The position numbers were made by a program, and so were the translations under genes. The notes below the pieces were generated by a model that had not been told where the DNA came from, did not search any database, and saw only the letters and a program-made list of their open reading frames with translations. From Pirellulales bacterium (GTDB taxonomy: Bacteria; Planctomycetota; Planctomycetia; Pirellulales; JBGAPH01), in contig JAXMBI010000007.1 in assembly GCA_046349955.1 (NCBI GenBank), positions 5,944-69,943 of the forward strand: 64,000 nucleotides of DNA, given 5' to 3'. This document shows positions 17,910 through 26,999 of this stretch, one piece after another; position 1 is the first letter of the stretch; every line of letters begins with the position of its first letter.

Positions 17910-18524
17910 ATGGAACTTCGCGACGCCCTTTCGCAGATCACCGAAATCCGCCGTCAACTGGCGCGGAGCGAAACGTTCCGCGGCTATCGGGCTGCGCCGG
18001 TCGCTTTGTCGGGCCTGCTCGCCATGAGCGCGGCCGCCGTGCAGGCGCGGCTGTGGCCCGAGCCGACCGAGCACGTGGCCGCCTACGCCGTGTTCTGGGT
18101 CTCGATCGCGGCGATCAGCATGGCCGGCGCCGGCGCCGAAATGGCGCTGAGGGCACGGCGGGCCTCGTCGGAGTTGACGCGCGAGATCACGCTGCTGGCG
18201 GTCGAGCAGTTCTTGCCCTGTGTGCTGGCCGGGGGACTGAGCACGATCGTGATCGTGCAGTCGGCGGCCGAAATCGGCTGGATCTTGCCGGGGCTGTGGG
18301 GGCTGTTCTTCAGCCTGGGGGTGTTCGCCTCGTGCCGGCTGCTGCCGCGGCCCACGATTTGGATCGCCGGCTACTATTTAGTGGCCGGCATGCTGTGCCT
18401 GACGCTCGCACGCGGCCCGGCGGCGCTCTCTCCCTGGGCGATGGCCCTGATGTTTGGACCGGGCCAATTGTTTGCGGCCGCTGTTTTGTATTGGACGCTG
18501 GAGCGGAACGATGAGTCGCATTAA
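17910..18524 (+). CDS. Hypothetical polytopic membrane protein
   Basis: About five hydrophobic helices. Overlaps the downstream wHTH gene by 14 nt. Confidence 0.5.
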   Translation: MELRDALSQITEIRRQLARSETFRGYRAAPVALSGLLAMSAAAVQARLWPEPTEHVAAYAVFWVSIAAISMAGAGAEMALRARRASSELTREITLLAVEQFLPCVLAGGLSTIVIVQSAAEIGWILPGLWGLFFSLGVFASCRLLPRPTIWIAGYYLVAGMLCLTLARGPAALSPWAMALMFGPGQLFAAAVLYWTLERNDESH

Positions 18525-18906
18525 TTCTGAAGACCAACCGAACGGCCGTTTCGCCTACGAGGGGCTCGACCGCGTGCTGCACGAGAAGGCGCGGCTCGGC
18601 ATCCTCACGTCGCTCGCCACGCATCCCGAAGGGGTGGTGTTCAGTGATCTCAAGGTCTTCTGCGCCCTGACCGACGGCAATCTCAGCCGCCACCTGCATA
18701 TCCTGCAAGAGGCCGGGCTCGTCGAAGTGCAGAAGGGCACGAACGGCAACCGCCCGCAAACCCTCTGCCAGCTCACGCGGCTGGGCCGGCAGAAGTTCGT
18801 CGAGTACATCCAGGTGCTCGAGTCGGTGGTGGCCGACGCCGCCCAGGCCAGCAAAACCAAAGCGGCGCCGGCGCGGCGGCCGGGCAGGGGCTGGTCGCCG
18901 GCTTGA
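18511..18906 (+). CDS. Winged-helix DNA-binding transcriptional regulator (ArsR/HTH_34-like)
   Basis: LHEKARLGILTSLATHPEGVVFSDLKVFCALTDGNLSRHLHILQEAGLVEVQKG..RPQTLCQLTRLGRQKF shows the helix-turn-helix plus wing pattern. ATG 18511 lies inside track ORF 18454-18906. Confidence 0.65.
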   Translation: MSRINSEDQPNGRFAYEGLDRVLHEKARLGILTSLATHPEGVVFSDLKVFCALTDGNLSRHLHILQEAGLVEVQKGTNGNRPQTLCQLTRLGRQKFVEYIQVLESVVADAAQASKTKAAPARRPGRGWSPA

Positions 18907-18931
18907 GGGGATTCGCTCGAAGTGCGGATTG

Positions 18932-19096
18932 GCGAGCGGCGGGGTTTACCCCCGCCGTCCCCGCAGCAAGTTCCCGAGGAGGCTGGGACCTTGCAACAGC
19001 GTTGCCATTCGAGCTCTCATCGCTTCCGAATTTACGGCCCGGTTGGCGACTGCCGAACGGCAACCGGGTACCGCCGGCGTGAAGCCGGCGGCTCGC
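18932..19096. repeat. GCGAGCGG-hairpin repeats, two copies in opposite orientation
   Basis: gcgagcggcggggtttacccccgccgtcccc (18932-18962) and ccgccggcgtgaagccggcggctcgc (19071-19096). Related copies at 21591-21716 and 61576-61606. Confidence 0.6.
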
Positions 19097-19136
19097 TTCA
19101 TCAGTTTGCACTTCGTGCAAGGAGCTTGATCAAGGG

Positions 19137-19463
19137 CTAGCGCAACAACTTCTCGAGCGCCTGCATGCCGGTCATGCCGAGTTGAATGCCGAGCTTGGCC
19201 GCTGGCTCGCTGATTTCGACGATCTTGGCCTCGTACAGGTCCTCCGGCACGCAGAGCGGCTTCGACGGCGTCCCTTTGGCGATCGCCACCGCCTGGCCGA
19301 ACTCGCCGGCCACGTGCGGGTTGTAGATGCCGCAGCCGATGAGGCCGCGGTCGGTGTGGATGGCGCAGTATTGGCCGCCCGACCAGCGGAAACTGGAACC
19401 CAGGGCTTGGCCCCAGGGGGTTTCGAGCACGCGGTTGTCGGCGGTGGGCAGGGGTTGAGGCAT
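19137..19463 (-). CDS. DUF1805 (YunC-like) protein
   Basis: The C-terminus LGIQLGMTGMQALEKLL closely parallels B. subtilis YunC LGIKPGMKGKEALEKML. Also GLIGCGIYN. ATG at 19463 has GAGGA upstream. Confidence 0.75.
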   Translation of the reverse strand: MPQPLPTADNRVLETPWGQALGSSFRWSGGQYCAIHTDRGLIGCGIYNPHVAGEFGQAVAIAKGTPSKPLCVPEDLYEAKIVEISEPAAKLGIQLGMTGMQALEKLLR

Positions 19464-19622
19464 GGTTGGGGTCCTCAGTGGGAATCGCGGAATACGGGCT
19501 CGTGGCTTGTAGCTCGTGGCGGGTGGCCGGAGCAGATCGCTCGCAATGGCCCTGTTTGGCCACCAGCTACTAGCCACCGGCCACAGGCTATTCCAAGCGC
19601 ACTTTAGCCTACCGCCCCCGCC

Positions 19623-21152
19623 CTAAATCGCCACCCCTTGCAGCATCGCCACGCGGTTGATGGCGTTGAGAAACGCCCGGCCGCTGGCCTCGACGCTGTC
19701 GGTCGAGACGCCCAGTCCGCGATAGGTGCGGCCTTGATGCTCGACCTCGACGGTCACTTCGGCCTGCGCGTCCTTGCCGACCGTGACGCTGTGGACCTGG
19801 AAATCCTTGCAGACCACGCTCACGCCGGTCAGCTTTTCGATCGCCAGGAAGATCGCGTCGATCGGGCCGTCGCCGCATTCCATTTCGGTGCGCAGCTCCT
19901 GCGCGCCGTGCCGCAGGCAGAGCTCGACGCGCGGCGTTGTGCCGGTGCCGGAGGCCACTTGGTAGGAGACCAGGGCCCAGGTTTCGGGGGCCTCGCGGAT
20001 CTGCTGATCCATGAGCGCGATCAGGTCGGCGTCGTACACTTCCTTCTTCTTGTCGGCGAGCTGCTTGAACTCCTGGAACACCGTTTGAAGCTGCTCAGGC
20101 GTGAGCTCGTAGCCGAGCGCCTTGGCGCGGTCGGCCAGGGCGGCGCGGCCGCTGTGCTTGCCGAGCACCAGGTCGGTCTTGTTGAAGCCCACGTCCTCGG
20201 GCCGCATGATCTCGTAGGTGCGGCGCTCCTTGAGCATGCCGTCTTGATGGATGCCTGACTCGTGGGCGAAGGCGTTGCGCCCCACGATCGCCTTGTGCCG
20301 GGGGACGTGTAGGCTGGTGATCTTGGCCAGCAGCCGGCTGGTGGGCACGAGGCGGCGGCTCACAATGTTGGTGTCGGCCTGGTAGAAGTCGGCCCGCGTG
20401 CGGAGCGCCATCACCACCTCTTCGAGCGAGGCGTTGCCGGCCCGCTCGCCGATGCCGTTGATCGTGCATTCAATCTGCCCCGCGCCATTGACCACGCCGG
20501 CCAGGCTGTTGGCCACGGCCATGCCCAGGTCGTCGTGGCAGTGAGTGCTGATCACGGCCTTGCCGATGTTGGGCACGCGCTCGCGAAGCGTGCGAATGAC
20601 CTGGCCGTAGAGTTCCGGCGTGGCATAGCCGACCGTGTCGGGGATGTTGACCGTGGTGGCGCCGGCGTCGATGGCTGCTTCGACTACTTGGCAGAGGAAG
20701 TCGATCTCGGTGCGGGCAGCGTCCTCGGGGGAGAACTCCACGTCGTCGGTGTGCTGACAAGCCCGCCGCACGCCGGCCACGGCGCGGCGGAGGATTTCGT
20801 CTTTATCCATCCGCAGCTTGAACTCGCGGTGGATGGCGCTCGTGGCCAGGAACACATGGATGCGGCCGCGCGCGGCATCCGCCAGGGCCTCGCCGGCGCG
20901 GTCGATGTCGCCGTCGCTGCAGCGGGCCAGGCCGCAGATCACTGGGCCACGAACTTCGCGGGCGATGGCCTGCACCGCTTCGAAGTCGCCCTGCGACGAG
21001 ATCGGAAAGCCGGCTTCGATGATGTCGACGCCGAGCTCGGCCAGGGCATGAGCCAGTTCCAGCTTCTCCGGCTGGTTCATGCTGGCCCCGGGCGATTGCT
21101 CGCCATCGCGGAGCGTGGTGTCGAAGATCTTGATGTTGCGTACGGCCGTCAT
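19623..21152 (-). CDS. leuA: 2-isopropylmalate synthase
   Basis: [36 protein letters not shown] and the C-terminal LeuA dimerisation/regulatory region. Full length, 509 aa. Confidence 0.92.
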   Translation of the reverse strand: MTAVRNIKIFDTTLRDGEQSPGASMNQPEKLELAHALAELGVDIIEAGFPISSQGDFEAVQAIAREVRGPVICGLARCSDGDIDRAGEALADAARGRIHVFLATSAIHREFKLRMDKDEILRRAVAGVRRACQHTDDVEFSPEDAARTEIDFLCQVVEAAIDAGATTVNIPDTVGYATPELYGQVIRTLRERVPNIGKAVISTHCHDDLGMAVANSLAGVVNGAGQIECTINGIGERAGNASLEEVVMALRTRADFYQADTNIVSRRLVPTSRLLAKITSLHVPRHKAIVGRNAFAHESGIHQDGMLKERRTYEIMRPEDVGFNKTDLVLGKHSGRAALADRAKALGYELTPEQLQTVFQEFKQLADKKKEVYDADLIALMDQQIREAPETWALVSYQVASGTGTTPRVELCLRHGAQELRTEMECGDGPIDAIFLAIEKLTGVSVVCKDFQVHSVTVGKDAQAEVTVEVEHQGRTYRGLGVSTDSVEASGRAFLNAINRVAMLQGVAI

Positions 21153-21339
21153 GGGAAGGGTTCCTACAAGAGCGAATGCGATGGGTGATTGTGCATGCTG
21201 CCGAACTAGGCCGACTCTCAGGTCGGCCCGGGCAACAACAATCGCGCCCTCGCCGGGCCACGGCCCCGGCAGACCCCCAACCGCATGTTTCGCTTGCCAG
21301 ACATGCTTGCCGCCAAAGTGAAAACGAACTCCACCAACG

Positions 21340-21372
21340 AAAAAACCCTGGGCCGTCGCTCGGCTCAGGGTT
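21340..21372 (-). terminator. Intrinsic terminator of a putative leuA attenuator
   Basis: Minus strand reads AACCCTGAGCCG-AGCGA-CGGCCCAGGGTT followed by a T-run (CAGGGTTTTTTCG). It lies about 190 nt upstream of the leuA ATG on the same strand. Confidence 0.55.
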
Positions 21373-21411
21373 CTTGTGCTGTCATCATTCGCCCGTGCGA
21401 ACTTGCGAACC

Positions 21412-21471
21412 CTAAGCCTGGCCCCTCGAGAGGGACAAGAGCAGGTTCAGTCGCAAGGACAGGAGCGTCAT
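21412..21471 (-). CDS. Putative leucine leader peptide (19 aa, 8 Leu)
   Basis: Minus strand ATG ACG CTC CTG TCC TTG CGA CTG AAC CTG CTC TTG TCC CTC TCG AGG GGC CAG GCT TAG encodes MTLLSLRLNLLLSLSRGQA. The stop codon abuts the antiterminator arm AGGGTTC. The RBS is weak. Confidence 0.5.
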   Translation of the reverse strand: MTLLSLRLNLLLSLSRGQA

Positions 21472-21526
21472 GGAAAGGTGTATCGGGCGTGCGCAGGCCC
21501 AAACTCCAGGCAGGGCCAGTTAGGGA

Positions 21527-21555
21527 ATCCTAGCCTGGGGAATGGACTGGGTCAA
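21527..21555 (-). promoter_or_regulatory. Candidate sigma70-type promoter for the leu leader
   Basis: Minus strand TTGACC (21555-21550), a 17-nt spacer, then TAGGAT (21532-21527). Sequence match only. Confidence 0.25.
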
Positions 21556-21590
21556 GGTTGCCGGGGGGTGGCGAACCCCGCTCTAGGACA

Positions 21591-21716
21591 GCCAGCTTAC
21601 GCTGGCCGCTCGCCATTCGCGCTTCTGGCGAGCGGCCGGCGTAAGCCGGCTGTTCGATCCGCGCGGTCGAGCGAAGGTGGATTTCCAATCGGCCAGCTTA
21701 CGCTGGGCCGCTCGCC
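21591..21716. repeat. GCGAGCGG-hairpin repeats, three copies
   Basis: gccagcttacgctggccgctcgcc (21591-21614), the inverted copy ggcgagcggccggcgtaagccggctg (21627-21652), and gccagcttacgctgggccgctcgcc (21692-21716). Confidence 0.65.
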
Positions 21717-21821
21717 GGAAACGCTATGCGCGGGCTTTGGCTTCGGTTGCGAACCGCGTCAGCCCGGTCGTACAATACCGCGGTCACTTCCCCGGCATAT
21801 TCCCACCTGGAACGTTCTCCC

Positions 21822-22982
21822 ATGCATTGGGCTCGCACTCTTGGCGTGCTGGCGATCATCGGCTGCGCTGCGTCCGCGACGGCCGAAACCTTGGAATCGG
21901 GTCTCACGGCCATCCGCAGCGTCGACCGACTCGGCAAGGGGCACGAGCAGGCGGTGACCGCCGCCGCGCAGCTCAGCAAGCTCGGGCCCGAGAAGCTGCC
22001 GGAGCTGCTGGCCGGGATGAACGGCGCGAACCCGCTGGCCACCAATTGGCTCCGCGGGGTGGTCGACGCCGTGGCCGACCGCGCGATCCGCAGCGGCGGC
22101 AAGCTGCCGCAAGACGGCCTCGAGGCATTCCTGCGCGACCAGGCGAACGCACCCCGGGCGCGGCGCCTGGCCTTCGAGTGGCTGCTCGTGGCGGAGCCCA
22201 AGGCCGGCGAGCGGCTGATCCCGCAAATGCTCGACGACTCGAGCGTGGAGCTGCGGCGCGAGGCCGTGGTCTGGGCCATTGGTCAGGCCGAGCAAGCCGA
22301 GAACGCCAAGGCCCCCGCGGCCGACGTGCTGGCCGCGTACCAGCGGGCCTTCGCCGCTGCCCGCGACCTCGACCAGATCAAGCAGCTTTCCGCCAAGCTC
22401 GAAAAGCTGGGCGCCAAGCCCGACTTGCCCAAGCATATGGGCTTCCTCACGACGTGGCGGCTCATCGGCCCCTTCGACAACTCAGGCAAGAAAGGCTTTC
22501 CGATCGCCTATCCGCCTGAGGTCGAGGAGTTCTCGGCCGACGCCGAGTACACCGGCAAAGCTGACAAGAAGCTTCGCTGGGTCGAGCATACGACGGCCGA
22601 CGCCTATGGCATGGTCGACTTGAACAAAGCGCTCGGCAAGGAGCCGGGGGCGATTGCCTACGCCCGGGCTGAATTCGAATCAGCCGACGCGCGGCCGGTC
22701 GAACTGCGTTTGGGGTGCATCAACGCCACGAAGATTTGGCTCAATGGCCAACCGGTGAACATCCACGACGTGTACCACTCCGGCACCGATGTCGACCAGT
22801 ATGTCGAGCCCGTCGCGCTCGAGCGGGGCAAGAACGTGATTCTGATCAAGGTCGCCCAGAACGAGCAGACCGAGGATTGGGCGCAAGACTGGGCGTTCCA
22901 ACTCCGCATTTGTGACCCGGTCGGAACCGCGGTCGCGCCCGTTGCAGCTTCCACCAAACCCGATGGCTCCACGGGCCGCTAG
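21822..22982 (+). CDS. Secreted hypothetical protein (helical-repeat N-terminal half, beta-sandwich-like C-terminal half)
   Basis: MHWARTLGVLAIIGCAASATA signal peptide. The N-terminal half is helical and HEAT-like. The C-terminal LRLGCINATKIWLNGQPV..GKNVILIKV resembles a jelly-roll or galactose-binding-like domain. Assignment is tentative. Confidence 0.5.
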   Translation: MHWARTLGVLAIIGCAASATAETLESGLTAIRSVDRLGKGHEQAVTAAAQLSKLGPEKLPELLAGMNGANPLATNWLRGVVDAVADRAIRSGGKLPQDGLEAFLRDQANAPRARRLAFEWLLVAEPKAGERLIPQMLDDSSVELRREAVVWAIGQAEQAENAKAPAADVLAAYQRAFAAARDLDQIKQLSAKLEKLGAKPDLPKHMGFLTTWRLIGPFDNSGKKGFPIAYPPEVEEFSADAEYTGKADKKLRWVEHTTADAYGMVDLNKALGKEPGAIAYARAEFESADARPVELRLGCINATKIWLNGQPVNIHDVYHSGTDVDQYVEPVALERGKNVILIKVAQNEQTEDWAQDWAFQLRICDPVGTAVAPVAASTKPDGSTGR

Positions 22983-23037
22983 CGTTCGCTTAATCCGCGG
23001 CAACTCACTTTCGCTTTCCCTCACGGACAACTTCCTC

Positions 23038-24261
23038 ATGCGTGCTGCGTTTCGTCCGGCCTTGGCCTGGAGCTGGGTGCTGTTGGCCGTCTGCTCGGCG
23101 TCGGGCGCTGATTGGCTCCACTTCCGCGGCACCGACAACAACGGCATCGCCGCCGGCGACCAGTTGCCGACCGAGTGGAGCGCCGAAAAGAACGTCGCCT
23201 GGAAGGCGCCGCTCGTGGGGCGCGGCTGTTCGAGCCCGATCGTGGTCGGCGACCTCGTGATCGTCACCAGTTCGAGCGGCGCCAAGCAAGACCGCCTGCA
23301 CGTATTGGCGTTCGACGCCGAAACGGGGGAGCGGCGTTGGGAACGGCAGTTCTGGGCCACCGGCCACACGCTGTGCCACGAGTTCAGCTCCGTGGCAGCC
23401 CCCAGCCCGGCGAGCGACGGCCAGCGGATCTACGCCTTTTATTCGTCGAACGACGTCGCCTGCCTGGACCTCGAAGGCAACCTGCTCTGGTTCCGCGGCC
23501 TGACCTATGACTATCCGGACGCGGCCAACGACGTGGGCATGAGCTCGTCGCCGGTCGTGGTCGGAGACACGGTCGTCGTGCAGGCCGAGAATTTCGGCGA
23601 CAGCTTTGCCGCTGGGCTCGACGCCAAGACGGGCGAGACCCGCTGGCGGCTGCCACGAGACCGCGAGTACATGTGGGCGTCGCCCACCATTCTGCGGGCG
23701 GCCAACCGCGCCGACGACAGCGTGCTGATGCAATCGGCCAATCACTTCACGGCCGTCGACCCGCACTCGGGCCGCGTGAAGTGGGATCTGGAAACCCGCT
23801 GCGCCGGCATCGCCTCGGCCGTGGCCGAACAAGGCGTTGTGTATTTGCCGTCCGGGGGCGTGGTGGCGCTGCAGGCCAGCGAAAGTACAGGAGCTCCGGC
23901 CGAGCTTTGGAAGGCCGAAGACATTCAGCCGAGCAACGCGAGCCTCGTCATTCACTTGGGCAAGCTCTACGCGATCAACCGCGCCGGCGTCCTCACTTGT
24001 GCGAACGCGCAAAACGGTGAGATTCTGTGGCGGCTGCGGCTGGAAGGAAGCTTCTGGGCCACGCCGGTCGTGGCCGGCGACTATCTCTACATTCCCAACG
24101 ACGCTGGCGTCTGCCAGGTGGTGAAGCTCGGGGAGAAGGGGGAGATCGTCGCCAAGAATCCGCTGGGCGAGCAACTCTTGGCCACGCCTGCCATCGCCGG
24201 CAACGCTCTGTACCTGCGGAGCGACGCCCATCTCTGGAAGATCGCCGAGCAAGGCAAGTAG
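23038..24261 (+). CDS. PQQ-like beta-propeller repeat protein (BamB-like fold), secreted
   Basis: MRAAFRPALAWSWVLLAVCSASGADW signal peptide. Repeated motifs GxxxSSPVVxGDxVxV, AxDxxTGExxW (LAFDAETGERRWE, LDAKTGETRWR, NAQNGEILWR) and ATPAIAGNALYLR. Confidence 0.7.
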   Translation: MRAAFRPALAWSWVLLAVCSASGADWLHFRGTDNNGIAAGDQLPTEWSAEKNVAWKAPLVGRGCSSPIVVGDLVIVTSSSGAKQDRLHVLAFDAETGERRWERQFWATGHTLCHEFSSVAAPSPASDGQRIYAFYSSNDVACLDLEGNLLWFRGLTYDYPDAANDVGMSSSPVVVGDTVVVQAENFGDSFAAGLDAKTGETRWRLPRDREYMWASPTILRAANRADDSVLMQSANHFTAVDPHSGRVKWDLETRCAGIASAVAEQGVVYLPSGGVVALQASESTGAPAELWKAEDIQPSNASLVIHLGKLYAINRAGVLTCANAQNGEILWRLRLEGSFWATPVVAGDYLYIPNDAGVCQVVKLGEKGEIVAKNPLGEQLLATPAIAGNALYLRSDAHLWKIAEQGK

Positions 24262-24290
24262 CCCCGCGGCGCGAAAGGAACTTCTGGGCG

Positions 24291-25598
24291 GTGGCCGATA
24301 CGCACCCTTCCGACAGCATCATCCTCGAGCCGAGCGGCCCCGTGCGGGCCACGGTGCGGCCGCCAGGTTCGAAGAGCATCACCAACCGCGCGCTCGCCTG
24401 CGCGGCGCTCGCCCGCGGACCGAGCGCGCTCACCGGCGTGCTCGACAGCGAAGACACCCAGGTGATGCTCGAGGGGCTGCGCAAGCTGGGCCTCGAACTC
24501 ACCCACGATGCAGCCCGCTGCGAAGTGCGCATCGTCGGCTGCGACGGCAAACTGCCGGCCGCGGGCGCTGACCTGTTCGTGGGCAACTCCGGCACCACGG
24601 TTCGGTTTCTGACGGCGCTCGTGGCGCTCGGGCACGGCCGTTTTCGTCTCGACGGCGTTCCCCGCATGCGGGAGCGGCCGATCGCCGATCTGCTCGAGGC
24701 GCTCAATGCCCTCGGCGTGTCGGCCCGCAGCGAAACAGGCAATGGCTGCCCGCCCGTGGTGGTCGACGCGGCGGGCCTCGCCGGCGGCAAGGCCTGCATC
24801 CGCGGCGACGTTTCGAGCCAGTTCCTCAGCGGCCTGCTGCTGGCGTCCCCCTACGCCGCCGCGCCGCTCGAGATCGAGGTCGCCGGAGAGCTCGTGTCGG
24901 TTCCCTACGTTGAGATGACGCTCGCGGTGATGCGGGCCTTCGGCGCCATGATCGAAGCGGACGCGGCGCCCCCAGCGTTCCGCGTGTCGAACCAAGCTCG
25001 TTATGTGGGGCGGAGCTACGACATCGAGCCCGACGCCTCGGCCGCCAGCTACTTCTTCGGCGCCGCGGCGGTGACGGGCGGCGATGTGACGGTGCAGGGC
25101 CTGAGCCGCTCCAGTCTCCAAGGGGACGTAGGGTTCTGCGACTGCCTCGAGCGGATGGGCTGCGAGATTCACTGGCAGCCGAACAGCATCCGCGTGGTCG
25201 GGCACGGTCCGTTGCGTGGGATCGACGTCGACATGAATGCGATCAGCGACACTGCGCAAACGCTGGCGGTGGTCGCGCTCTTCGCCGCGGGACCGACGAC
25301 GATCCGGGGCGTGGCCCACATTCGCCACAAAGAGACCGACCGCATCGGCGATCTGGCCCGCGAGCTGCGCAAGCTAGGGGCCGACGTTGAAGAATTCAAC
25401 GACGGTCTGCGGATCACGCCGCGCTCCTTGCACGCCGCGGCGCTCGACACGTATCGCGATCATCGCATGGCGATGAGCTTCGCGCTCGCGGGGCTGCGCT
25501 TGCCTGGCGTCGAGATTCGCGACCCTGGCTGCGTGGCCAAAACGTACCCGCGGTTCTTCGACGATCTCTGCGCCGCGATGCGCGGAGAATCGAATTGA
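24291..25598 (+). CDS. aroA: 3-phosphoshikimate 1-carboxyvinyltransferase (EPSP synthase)
   Basis: VRPPGSKSITNRALACAALA, LFVGNSGTTVRFL, RMRERPIADL and HRMAMSFALAGL. GTG 24291 chosen, with GAAAGGAA upstream. Confidence 0.88.
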   Translation: MADTHPSDSIILEPSGPVRATVRPPGSKSITNRALACAALARGPSALTGVLDSEDTQVMLEGLRKLGLELTHDAARCEVRIVGCDGKLPAAGADLFVGNSGTTVRFLTALVALGHGRFRLDGVPRMRERPIADLLEALNALGVSARSETGNGCPPVVVDAAGLAGGKACIRGDVSSQFLSGLLLASPYAAAPLEIEVAGELVSVPYVEMTLAVMRAFGAMIEADAAPPAFRVSNQARYVGRSYDIEPDASAASYFFGAAAVTGGDVTVQGLSRSSLQGDVGFCDCLERMGCEIHWQPNSIRVVGHGPLRGIDVDMNAISDTAQTLAVVALFAAGPTTIRGVAHIRHKETDRIGDLARELRKLGADVEEFNDGLRITPRSLHAAALDTYRDHRMAMSFALAGLRLPGVEIRDPGCVAKTYPRFFDDLCAAMRGESN

Positions 25599-25623
25599 AC
25601 CGAGGTGCGCCGGACCACCGCAC

Positions 25624-25989
25624 CTACTGAGGGGTGCGAATCTGATCGGCCGTTTGCAAGAGTTGCTCGGCCCGTTCCAGGATGTGTGTGTGGGGATTGA
25701 CCAGGGTGCGCGCGGCTGGATCACGTGCCTGCAAGCTGCCCCCGCAATGCTGACACACGACCACGCGCCCCAAGTATTCCACCCGGATCTGCAGGGAACG
25801 CCCACAGGTGGGGCATTCCTGGAAGTAATACGTGCCTGTTGCCACTACGGCATCTCCTTCTACCGGACGGCCTTGCCCGCTTCTGACGGCAACGCCCGCA
25901 TCGTAAACGATCCGACGGGGGGATTCAATGACTCGCTGGTCGCTCTTCGACCCGGAGTTTTGCCGCTGGGGCCACACTTCCCGCACCAT
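25624..25989 (-). CDS. Zinc-ribbon hypothetical protein
   Basis: CPTCGRSLQIRVEYLGRVVVCQHCGG shows a CxxC...CxxC pattern. Start is uncertain (ATG 25989 or 26040). Confidence 0.4.
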   Translation of the reverse strand: MVREVWPQRQNSGSKSDQRVIESPRRIVYDAGVAVRSGQGRPVEGDAVVATGTYYFQECPTCGRSLQIRVEYLGRVVVCQHCGGSLQARDPAARTLVNPHTHILERAEQLLQTADQIRTPQ

Positions 25990-26252
25990 CACAACCCTAG
26001 CTCGAGAGGGGGCCTGAGGCCCGTTCCAGCCGCTGCACATCGAAGCTGCGGCCCGTAGTGGAAAAATCGTGCCAAACCCGACGAAAGCCTTGTTCAGATT
26101 TGCCGGGAACCGGGGGCCGGGAAGCCGCCGATAAACGTCTTCGTCTACCCTTGCTCGGTCCTATGCTTGAAATGGGCCCCCGGCCCCCTTTGGCCGGAAA
26201 TTCCGAGCAGTTGGCCCAGTTGCACGAACCTTGCGCAAAGCGGGATGAGTTT

Positions 26253-26984
26253 ATGTTCACCCCCTGCCTGGGGAGCCGCACGATCGCTTCCGATCGCACC
26301 TTCGCGCCCCGTGATACTACGGAAGTGCCCGTTGGAAGGTGCGGGGTTCGGAGGAGCTTTCTGGCAGCTTTCTCCCTCGTAATGATTGGTGCAACAACCA
26401 CTTTCGCCGCGCCGGCTGCCAAGCACCCGGAATGGAAAACGGTGGAGCTGGCCACCAAAAAGGCGCTCGCCAAGCGCCCCGGCTACGAACCCCAGGACGT
26501 GCTCTCGCAAAGCGACCTCAAGAACGTCGTGTCCGCCCTATCCAAGCTCGGCTGGAAGCTCCCCGACGGCAAAGGCCTGGTCGAGGAGACGCTACCCGAC
26601 GACGACATCCTGATCTCGGTGTTTCGGGGGAGCAAGAACGGCCTCGATTTCATGCGCGACTGCGAGCGGTTCGCGCTCGCTTACGATCGGCTCGACCGCC
26701 TCATTCGCTTGCCCGGCGGCGTGATGACGATCAAGAAGCTCATCAAGGGCCCCGACGGCTACAAGATGGTGCAGTACTTCACGGATACCGCCTATCGCGG
26801 CAACTGCATCGTCGACATCCTGCCCCGCGGCTACAACGGCGAGCTGCCCAGCTCCAAGGGGTTCAACGACCCGACGGGCAAGATCTACACCGAGAAGATG
26901 CTGCTGGCGGAGCTCAAGGAGCGCTACGAGCGGCAGTTTCCGCCGCCGAAGGCGGCGCGCACGGAAACGGTGTATCCGCGGTAG
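26253..26984 (+). CDS. Hypothetical secreted protein
   Basis: Hydrophobic segment FLAAFSLVMIGATTTFAAPAA followed by a soluble domain. No motif recognised. Start is uncertain (ATG 26253 or a downstream GTG). Confidence 0.4.
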   Translation: MFTPCLGSRTIASDRTFAPRDTTEVPVGRCGVRRSFLAAFSLVMIGATTTFAAPAAKHPEWKTVELATKKALAKRPGYEPQDVLSQSDLKNVVSALSKLGWKLPDGKGLVEETLPDDDILISVFRGSKNGLDFMRDCERFALAYDRLDRLIRLPGGVMTIKKLIKGPDGYKMVQYFTDTAYRGNCIVDILPRGYNGELPSSKGFNDPTGKIYTEKMLLAELKERYERQFPPPKAARTETVYPR

Positions 26985-26999
26985 ACTGCGCCACGGAAA

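Noticed and set aside
21340-21555. Stand-alone small RNA (e.g. 6S-like) ending at the terminator upstream of leuA
   Set aside because: The transcript would contain a Leu-rich mini-ORF and terminator/antiterminator alternatives directly upstream of leuA, which fits an attenuator better. No 6S-type long imperfect duplex with a central bubble was evident.
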